Position numbers and translations under genes: made by a program. From contig JAEOUH010000047.1 in assembly GCA_016839365.1 (NCBI GenBank), forward strand, positions 14,542-78,541: a DNA stretch of 64,000 nt. The letters run 5' to 3'. Shown piece by piece: positions 57,102 through 64,000 of the stretch. This DNA is from Candidatus Hermodarchaeota archaeon (GTDB lineage: Archaea > Asgardarchaeota > Hermodarchaeia > Hermodarchaeales > Hermodarchaeaceae). The notes beneath the pieces are model-generated. The model did not search any database. It saw only the letters and a list, made by a program, of their open reading frames with translations, and was not told the origin of the DNA. Position 1 is the first letter of the stretch. Every line of letters starts with the position of its first letter.

Positions 57102-58316
57102 CTAACGAAAGAAGAAGAGCAATAGACTTGGATTGAGGAAGGTGAAAATGATGTTTAGGATAAGTATTGTCAGAGCGGTAATGCGAAGCCCCCAAAGGAG
57201 CGCTTTTCCACTTTTTCGTTCAAGTGACACTGTTCGATCAATGAGCTCCTTCCAAAGCCTATCACCATCGAGTGGCGGGATAGGCAAGAGGTTGATGATA
57301 CCCAGACTGATAGTTATCACAAAGAACCAAGTCAGCCCTTCATAAAACTGAGTACCCACCGTCGGGCCAAGCAGGCTAAAGGGATATACTAGGGGGAAAT
57401 ATGTTCGTGACCAGATTCCGATATATCCAAGCGAAGCGTTGTTTGGGTTTGTACCAAGAGTTAGAGGTATTGTACCTTCGTGTATGTTAAGTATCACCAA
57501 GTCTCCAGGACTCGTATTTGCCATGAAGGTGCTAATATCTTGGTTTGTGTGTATAGCCGTGCCATTCATTCCAATGATGACCATTCCTGGAACAAGTACG
57601 CCATGTGCGGGAGTTCCAGCATCTACTTGAGAGATGAGTGCACCACTTGGAACAGGGATTATTATGAACGTAATCATGACCAAGGCAATTGCCGCAACAG
57701 TGAGGTTTGCCCCAGAACCAGAGGCGTAAAGTCGAACCCGTTGTAATCGTGTGGTCTTAGTTTTTACATATTCTTCATCTGGTTCAACGAACGCACCAAA
57801 GAAGATTAAGAAGAGGAACAGGCCTGAACTTTGAACAGGAATGTTGTCAGCACGAGCAGCAACACCGTGAGCGAGCTCGTGTACAACAACTGCTACAATC
57901 AAGGGGATTAGAATCATCAAGAAGAAATTAAATGACATGGTGATGCCGGGAATCAATGGAGCAACGGCCCCTGGCGTGCTGGGTTGACCTAGATAGAATT
58001 TGATGAATTCCCAAACATTGGATCCCATGAAGTAAAATCCATATAAAGAGAAGAAGAAGCCGACACCGATGAAGAAGGACCAGATATAGCGCCAAGCCCG
58101 GGGATGCCATCGCCCGATGCGATCTAAGAGGTTATTAAAGCGTTGCGTGCGGGCGAAGAGCATGAAAGGGCCAACTTCAACGCCATATTTTTCGAGTTTG
58201 AATACTGAGGCAAGACCAATTATTACCATCCAGGCCAGCAAAATGAGCAGCCATGGAAGGAAAGGAAGTAGAAACTCGAATTGTAGCATTCGCTGTATCG
58301 CCTCGTAGAGGTGCAC
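57102..58316 (-). CDS. site-2 protease family (M50) membrane metalloprotease
   Basis: 404 aa. HELAHG zinc motif within a TM region, PDZ-like insert, late LPIPPLDG motif. Confidence 0.85.
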   Translation of the reverse strand: MHLYEAIQRMLQFEFLLPFLPWLLILLAWMVIIGLASVFKLEKYGVEVGPFMLFARTQRFNNLLDRIGRWHPRAWRYIWSFFIGVGFFFSLYGFYFMGSNVWEFIKFYLGQPSTPGAVAPLIPGITMSFNFFLMILIPLIVAVVVHELAHGVAARADNIPVQSSGLFLFLIFFGAFVEPDEEYVKTKTTRLQRVRLYASGSGANLTVAAIALVMITFIIIPVPSGALISQVDAGTPAHGVLVPGMVIIGMNGTAIHTNQDISTFMANTSPGDLVILNIHEGTIPLTLGTNPNNASLGYIGIWSRTYFPLVYPFSLLGPTVGTQFYEGLTWFFVITISLGIINLLPIPPLDGDRLWKELIDRTVSLERKSGKALLWGLRITALTILILNIIFTFLNPSLLLFFFR

Positions 58317-58407
58317 AGTTCAGAGATTATGTATAAATGTGTGATGCACCGATGAGAGAGAAGCTTTTAAGAGATGCGGTAGGGGCTCGTTGGATGAGCG
58401 TGTGAAC

Positions 58408-58734
58408 ATGCCGACTCAGTATTGCATTGTGTTCGTTTCTGTTGGCAACGAAGAAGAGGCTCACATTATTGCCCGTACTTTGGTTGAAGAGTCACTTGCG
58501 GCATGCGTTGGAATGGTTCCGCAGAAATCGATATACTCTTGGAAAGGCAAAATCGTGGAAGATACCGAGGTTTTGCTCATGATTAAAACTAGAATAGACC
58601 TGTTTAACCCACTCAAAAACGTAGTACTAAAGGCTCATAGTTATGAGGTACCGGAAATCATCAGAGTCAATATCGAAGAAGGCCATCACCCCTATCTACA
58701 ATGGATAGAAGAGATTGTGAAAACTCCAAGTTAG
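58408..58734 (+). CDS. cutA: divalent-cation tolerance protein CutA
   Basis: YCIVFVSVGNEEEA...YSWKGKI...HSYEVPEI. I prefer ATG 58408 over TTG 58390. Confidence 0.85.
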   Translation: MPTQYCIVFVSVGNEEEAHIIARTLVEESLAACVGMVPQKSIYSWKGKIVEDTEVLLMIKTRIDLFNPLKNVVLKAHSYEVPEIIRVNIEEGHHPYLQWIEEIVKTPS

Positions 58735-58746
58735 GAACGCGTAAAG

Positions 58747-59460
58747 ATGCCTCGAGAGAAAACGGCCCGTCGTGATACTGGGAGCCATGATGTCATATAT
58801 ACAGCGGACAGGTGGTTTCATCTCTCAACATTACGACACCGAGCATTGGAAATCATGGATGCACTCAATCCAATAGGAGCTGAACAGCTCATCCATGGGA
58901 GTATATGCCGTGGTGACGTATCTGAAAAGAGTGACATTGACATTTACCTACCAAGTGTAATCCCTTCCTTTTCTGTTGAATTTGCCCTGACAGAGGCAGG
59001 ATACCAAATAATTCACCGCGAACTCGTACACGCCACACCATTCCACGCGATAAAAGCCCACATCTTCTTGCCCGATAATGCAGTAGTGACATTCCCGCTT
59101 ACGAATCCTGCACCAATCGAACTCGAGTTTTACCAGTTCGGTGGATGTCTTGATCGAATCGGCCTCGAAAACGAGCACCGCGTGCCAGGCGTTGATAAAC
59201 GCCTCTTGTTAATTGAGCCAACAGAAAAAGGTCACATTGAATCACCGGTAATTGGTAATGAGCTAGTTGTGGCCAAGAAGGTAGGAGTAAGCCTGAAAAT
59301 CGTTGAAGAGCGGGTGAAAATCTTAATGCGCCGGGATGAGGTTGGCCGTACTGGTGTATACCTGAAACGGCAACTATCTCCAGAGGAAACTTTCGAAGCT
59401 GTATTAAAGCATGTCACTGATCGCGATCCAGTTGTCCGCCGGCGGGTACAAAAGGGCTGA
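58747..59460 (+). CDS. Pol-beta-superfamily nucleotidyltransferase domain protein
   Basis: 237 aa. HGSICRGDVSEKSDIDIYL (GS...D.D) motif. Confidence 0.65.
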   Translation: MPREKTARRDTGSHDVIYTADRWFHLSTLRHRALEIMDALNPIGAEQLIHGSICRGDVSEKSDIDIYLPSVIPSFSVEFALTEAGYQIIHRELVHATPFHAIKAHIFLPDNAVVTFPLTNPAPIELEFYQFGGCLDRIGLENEHRVPGVDKRLLLIEPTEKGHIESPVIGNELVVAKKVGVSLKIVEERVKILMRRDEVGRTGVYLKRQLSPEETFEAVLKHVTDRDPVVRRRVQKG

Positions 59461-59466
59461 GTCAGA

Positions 59467-60552
59467 ATGACACGAGAGATACACCTTTCACGGGGTAACT
59501 CCCCCTACGTTGGACGCTTGACAAAGGGTTGCAAGCTTTGCATGAGGGGTGAAAAACTGGTTCTCTTTGTCACCGGTGAGTGTGCAAAGGATTGCTATTA
59601 TTGTCCAATATCTGAAGAACGGTGTAACCAGAATGTAATTTTCGCCAATGAGGTTGAAGTAACTGCCATTGACGAAATAATTGCAGAAGCACAATTGAAT
59701 AGAGCCACGGGAATGGGCATTACCGGCGGGGAACCAGTCCAGAAATTAGACCGGGTACTCGAGTTTATTCGGGTGGTCAAAAGCAGAGCTGGGAAATCCT
59801 TTCACATCCACTTGTATACGGGGCTTGAACCCGTTCCGCTTGACGCAGTGGAAAAGCTCATAGATGCAGGCCTAGACGAGTTACGACTCCACCGATTCAA
59901 GATTGGAGAAGATTACCTCGAATTGCGGAGGCTGACAAAAGGGCGGGTAAAGCTGGGATTAGAAATCCCAGTCATCCCTGGAATGCGTGATTCGCTTAAG
60001 AAACTGTTCCAACAATTGGATAAGATTGGGATTGATTTTGTTAATCTCAACGAAATGGAATTCACCTCTGGCAATGCCCAGCAATTACAAAAAAGAGGTT
60101 TCAAGCTAGAGTCTGGAACAATTGCATCAGTACAAGATAGTGAAGCTGAAGCAATAGAACTTCTTGAGTGGGCTGTGAAAGAGACCTCTCTAAACATTCA
60201 TTATTGCCCGCTATCACTCAAGGATGGAGCACAACTACGAAATCGCTTCAAACGCCGGGCGAGAAGCATTGTTAAACCTTTTGAACGAATTTCAAAGGAG
60301 GGGCTGCTGGTCAAGGGTATCATCACACCCTCTGAGGAGTTGGGTTTGACAGCCATTCAGAAACTATTAGAAAAAGAGTTCCAAGTTGAGCCTAAGCACA
60401 TATGGGTGAATGAGGTCAAAGGACGAATCGAAACTACAACTACTATAACTCGCCGTTTAGCAAAGCGGTTGAAGGCAATGGGATTGGGTGTGGGGATTGT
60501 TGAAGAGTATCCTATTGATACTCGGTTTCAGGTTTCATATTCGCCGCTTTAA
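59467..60552 (+). CDS. radical SAM protein (pyruvate formate-lyase-activase-related archaeal family)
   Basis: 361 aa. CAKDCYYC (CxxxCxxC) cluster motif preceded by a CKLC pair. Confidence 0.75.
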   Translation: MTREIHLSRGNSPYVGRLTKGCKLCMRGEKLVLFVTGECAKDCYYCPISEERCNQNVIFANEVEVTAIDEIIAEAQLNRATGMGITGGEPVQKLDRVLEFIRVVKSRAGKSFHIHLYTGLEPVPLDAVEKLIDAGLDELRLHRFKIGEDYLELRRLTKGRVKLGLEIPVIPGMRDSLKKLFQQLDKIGIDFVNLNEMEFTSGNAQQLQKRGFKLESGTIASVQDSEAEAIELLEWAVKETSLNIHYCPLSLKDGAQLRNRFKRRARSIVKPFERISKEGLLVKGIITPSEELGLTAIQKLLEKEFQVEPKHIWVNEVKGRIETTTTITRRLAKRLKAMGLGVGIVEEYPIDTRFQVSYSPL

Positions 60553-61643
60553 GAATCAGGTAGACGGAAGCGGAGCAGCGCAACAAGCCCACCTAATCCT
60601 TCAAGTTGTTTTCCCGCTTGGTGATCAGCACTGAAGATTTCAAGTGATCCAGCTTGCTTTTCCACCTGCCTCATGATATTTTCTAGTTCTCGCCGATACT
60701 CGGGTTCAGCCTCACGGAATAGTTTATCAAGAACAAGAAGCGTTTCTACAGCACCAAACTGGACTGCGCGGACGATGGCGTCCCAACCATATGCTGCTTT
60801 TCCTGTGTCTTTTCCGAGATTCGTCATTACTTCGTCCATTAGGCGGAATTCACGATTTAATCGAATTTCGCTCGCAATCCTTTCGACGATTCCCCGGTTT
60901 AACGCCTCATATATGCCTGCAACAGTCCCGGTGCTCACATGTTCTATGAGGAGGCGTCCTTTACTTGCAGGAACTTTATTTTTCAGGTATTCAGCTAACT
61001 TCTCTTTTGTTGAGCCTGGTCCGACTAGCACAATGCGAGTATTTTCGGGTAACCGCTCTAGGAGTTCTTGGAGTTGGGTGGCAACGCCTGCAAACATCTG
61101 ATCCAGTGTTTCAGTTGCTTGGACGTATTTACCATATTTTCCCCGAGCAGTTCCATGGATTTCGATGCGGACATCAATCCCTGAATCATCAATAACTCCG
61201 ATTGAAGCCTGATCTTCTTCTACAGCCACAATAATCAGTCGTTGACCTTTCCGTGTAACAGCGTCTTGTAACCGTTTCAGGAGGAGATTCGGCCATCTTT
61301 CTTTGATGATTTCGATTTTGAGACCTGGTTCGACGTTAATTGTATGATAGGTTCCGGTTGATACGAAATCATCTGGGCCTTCCAAGATTTTTCCTTTTAC
61401 TCGAAGCCGATTTGAGTATTTGTGCAACGAGACCTCTTCGACGGTGAGACGGATGAACATCGGTCGGCGTTCGCCTTTGTCTGGACGGGATGTGTCACCA
61501 GAATCACGACGTACACGCCTGACTGTTCGTGCTGCAACTTTATCACCTGGGAGAATCACGTTGTATAGGTGCCATAAGTCATCCATGTCTTCGGGGACGA
61601 CGACTATTTTACCCAGTTTCAGGCGCTTCGCAACAATTTTCAC
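60549..61643 (-). CDS. pelA: Pelota (Dom34) mRNA surveillance / ribosome rescue factor
   Basis: EDMDDLWHLYNVI N-terminal signature. I prefer GTG 61643 (VKIVAKRLKLGKIVV..., GAGGAGA 7 nt upstream) over ATG 61676. Confidence 0.85.
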   Translation of the reverse strand: MKIVAKRLKLGKIVVVPEDMDDLWHLYNVILPGDKVAARTVRRVRRDSGDTSRPDKGERRPMFIRLTVEEVSLHKYSNRLRVKGKILEGPDDFVSTGTYHTINVEPGLKIEIIKERWPNLLLKRLQDAVTRKGQRLIIVAVEEDQASIGVIDDSGIDVRIEIHGTARGKYGKYVQATETLDQMFAGVATQLQELLERLPENTRIVLVGPGSTKEKLAEYLKNKVPASKGRLLIEHVSTGTVAGIYEALNRGIVERIASEIRLNREFRLMDEVMTNLGKDTGKAAYGWDAIVRAVQFGAVETLLVLDKLFREAEPEYRRELENIMRQVEKQAGSLEIFSADHQAGKQLEGLGGLVALLRFRLPDS

Positions 61644-61716
61644 AAAAAGTCTCCTCAGCACTTGATATGACCACAAACCTCACACATATTTCTATCCACC
61701 GCTAGGATTTACTCAA

Positions 61717-62175
61717 ATGAGAAAAATTCGCCCCATCAAACAAACGGATTTCAACCAAATTATGAAAATCGAGTTCGAGGCCTTTTTCGATCCTTACCCC
61801 CTTAGCTTATTCCATATAATTGCGGAAAATGCTCCTGATTTATTTTTAGTTGCTGTTCAGAATGGAGAGCTGCTTGGCTATGTCGTAGCGGAGATTGAAC
61901 AAGAATCTAACCTTAGGATTGGGCATTTGCTTTCCATAGCCGTTAGAAGAGATAAACGCCGTCTGGGAATTGGACATGAACTGCTAGATTCGATAAATAG
62001 GGTGCTTGTAGAAAAGGGGTGTACAGAGGTTTATTTGGAGGTGCGTGTTTCGAACGAGGTTGCGAAAGCGTTCTATCGAAAACAGGGTTTCCTAAAACTC
62101 TGGCGAACCCGTAAATACTACGGTGATGGAGAAGATGCACTGGTGATGAGGCTTCTGTTGGAGGACCAGCAGTGA
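61717..62175 (+). CDS. rimI: GNAT N-acetyltransferase (RimI / archaeal Ard1-like)
   Basis: 152 aa. RRLGIGHELL acetyl-CoA motif. Confidence 0.8.
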   Translation: MRKIRPIKQTDFNQIMKIEFEAFFDPYPLSLFHIIAENAPDLFLVAVQNGELLGYVVAEIEQESNLRIGHLLSIAVRRDKRRLGIGHELLDSINRVLVEKGCTEVYLEVRVSNEVAKAFYRKQGFLKLWRTRKYYGDGEDALVMRLLLEDQQ

Positions 62176-63230
62176 TTCGACAAAACGAGCAAATATGCCT
62201 GTTTATACTTTCAGGAGAACATGATACCTTACCCCAAGCAGAGCTTTGTGCGATATTAGAATCTGAGAATTTTTCATATACTGTTAAGAATAGAGAAAAA
62301 CGCATTTTGGTAATGGAAGTAGACCCAGAGGGCGCACGGAGGGCTACTAAAAGAGCTGGGTTAGTAAACCAAGCTAGTGTTGTAGCCTTTGAGTCTGCTT
62401 CAGAAGAGGACGCCATTCTCCATTCTCTTCGGAGAATCGATTTTTCTCTGTGGGTTCATCCAGGAAGCCGATTTGGTGTAAAGGTTACCCGAATAAAACG
62501 AGAACCAGTCGAATTCAACGTAGATGAGTTACAAGGAAAGATTGGTTCAGTAATATGGCAGGCTTTGGAAGGTCAAGTCGAAATTAGTTTAACCTCACCT
62601 GATGTGCTTTTTCTTGGAGTTATAAATGGTAATCGGTTCTTTTTTGGACCCCAGCTAGCTACACGTGATCGAAAAGTGTTTTCAAAAAGGCGGAGTCCAC
62701 TTCGTCCCTTCTTTGTTCCCAGTGCTATCCACCCGAAAATTGCCCGAGTTCTGGTGAATCTGAGCCGTGCAAAACCATGCAGTGAATTCTTTGATCCGTT
62801 TTGTGGCACAGGAGGTCTTTTGCTTGAGGCAGCAGAGATCGGTTGTATTCCTGTTGGATTTGACATTGATATTTCAATGCTTGCGGGTAGCCAACAGAAT
62901 CTTAGCCATTACGAGGTTCAATTTTATGGTTGCTTAGCGGATGCTAGGGAACCACCGATAAGGAATGGTATTGTTAAAGCGATTGCAATGGATCCTCCAT
63001 ATGGCCGATCCAGTTCTACAAGGGGAACAACAATCAGTAAGCTAATTCAAGCTAGTTTAGCTTCATTTGCACCAATTTTAAAGCCAGGAGGATTTCTTTG
63101 CCTTGCTTTACCATTAGAATATTTCAGGGAAAACATGATACCATCTGAAAGCTTCATAATCAGAGAAATGCATACAATGCGAATTCATCGAAGCCTCCGT
63201 CGTCATATCGTGGTCTTGGAGCGAAAATAA
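62172..63230 (+). CDS. THUMP-domain tRNA (guanine10-N2)-methyltransferase (Trm-G10 / Trm11-like)
   Basis: 352 aa. GTGA start/stop overlap with rimI. DPFCGTGG SAM motif and DPPYG catalytic motif. Confidence 0.8.
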   Translation: MIRQNEQICLFILSGEHDTLPQAELCAILESENFSYTVKNREKRILVMEVDPEGARRATKRAGLVNQASVVAFESASEEDAILHSLRRIDFSLWVHPGSRFGVKVTRIKREPVEFNVDELQGKIGSVIWQALEGQVEISLTSPDVLFLGVINGNRFFFGPQLATRDRKVFSKRRSPLRPFFVPSAIHPKIARVLVNLSRAKPCSEFFDPFCGTGGLLLEAAEIGCIPVGFDIDISMLAGSQQNLSHYEVQFYGCLADAREPPIRNGIVKAIAMDPPYGRSSSTRGTTISKLIQASLASFAPILKPGGFLCLALPLEYFRENMIPSESFIIREMHTMRIHRSLRRHIVVLERK

Positions 63231-63233
63231 TCC

Positions 63234-64000
63234 ATGACGAACAGCAAAGTACGAGTATATTTCTTGGGGGTTGGAGGGGGCATCCCAGCGGTAACTCGAG
63301 CCCCACCAGCTGTGGCGGTCCAATTCCAAGGTAAACTTTTACTCTTCGATTGTGGTGAAGGAACTCAGCTTCAGTTGCGAAAAGCAGGTCTGAGCCCACA
63401 GCGGGTTCAAGAAATTTTTATCACGCATCTTCACGGTGACCACGTTCTGGGATTACCCGGACTTATTTCGACAATGGTTATGCTGAATCGATCTAAACCC
63501 TTGACAATCTATGGACCAGTAGGCACAGCTGAATTCACGCAAATCGCTTTGGAATTAACTCATGTACAGCTTGATTTTGAATTGACAACCAATGATGTGG
63601 AGAAGGGTATCATATCTAACCAAGCGCAATATCAAGTCCGATGTTTACCAGCGATTCATAGTATTCCTTCCCTTTCGTATATTCTTCAAATGGCTGATAG
63701 CCCAGGAAGATTTGATGTAAGTAAAGCTCAACGGCTTGGTGTACCCTCTGGTCCACTTCGCAAAAGCCTTTGCGAAGGAACGTCAATCCAAACATCTGAC
63801 GGTAAAATCGTCAACCCTGAGGATGTTCTAGGACCAACCCGCAAAGGCGTTAGCATCGTTTATTCAGGAGATACTGCTCCAAATCCCAAACTTGCCAAAG
63901 CAGCCACGAATGCAAACCTTTTGATTCACGACGCGACTTTTACCGCAACCCATAAGGAGAATGCAAAAAACTATCTGCACTCAACGGCTGCACAGGCCGC
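63234..64000 (+). CDS. rnz: ribonuclease Z (tRNA 3' endonuclease), 3' end beyond the window
   Basis: Not in the track because no stop lies inside the window. Hand translation gives MTNSKVRVYFLGVGGGIP...FDCGEGTQ...THLHGDH. The frame stays open to base 64000. Confidence 0.85.
   Translation, partial: MTNSKVRVYFLGVGGGIPAVTRAPPAVAVQFQGKLLLFDCGEGTQLQLRKAGLSPQRVQEIFITHLHGDHVLGLPGLISTMVMLNRSKPLTIYGPVGTAEFTQIALELTHVQLDFELTTNDVEKGIISNQAQYQVRCLPAIHSIPSLSYILQMADSPGRFDVSKAQRLGVPSGPLRKSLCEGTSIQTSDGKIVNPEDVLGPTRKGVSIVYSGDTAPNPKLAKAATNANLLIHDATFTATHKENAKNYLHSTAAQA

Overview
This window is a contiguous archaeal chromosomal segment made up almost entirely of housekeeping genes. All calls come from reading motifs by hand; no homology search or RNA-folding program was run.

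Gene content:
- The archaeal RNA polymerase / 'str' block on the minus strand: rpoB, rpoA1, rpoA2, eL30, nusA, uS12, uS7, EF-1alpha, uS10.
- A uL3-uL4-uL23-uL2 block, a thermosome subunit, PAN, TFE, MBF1, NAC, Pelota and DnaG.
- An unusually dense set of tRNA-maturation genes: archease-RtcB, an EndA homolog, RNase Z, aTrm56, a Trm5/Taw2-like protein, Trm-G10, an NcsA/TtuA-like protein and a DUF171-type SPOUT protein.
- 11 tRNA genes, one 5S rRNA and one SRP RNA.
- An envelope-associated five-gene MoxR / DUF58 / DUF4350-like / transglutaminase-like module at 5.9-14.4 kb.
- I saw no CRISPR array, transposase, integrase or recognisable defence island.

Main finding: a 28-nt element (48199..48226) interrupts dnaG.
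- It folds by hand into a 3-4-3 bulge-helix-bulge (BHB) motif around a 9-bp hairpin.
- Cutting it at the canonical bulge positions restores both the reading frame and the conserved [17 protein letters not shown] motif.
- I therefore read it as a candidate protein-coding (mRNA) BHB intron.

Supporting context:
- 8 of the 11 tRNA genes carry 11 introns in total. Most sit at non-canonical positions (8/9, D-loop, 25/26, 30/31, 59/60) and most show the same BHB geometry.
- The only splicing-endonuclease homolog in the window appears to lack the catalytic histidine, which suggests a hetero-oligomeric, broad-specificity enzyme.

Lineage cannot be resolved from this window. It looks like a TACK- or Asgard-like archaeon with moderate GC.
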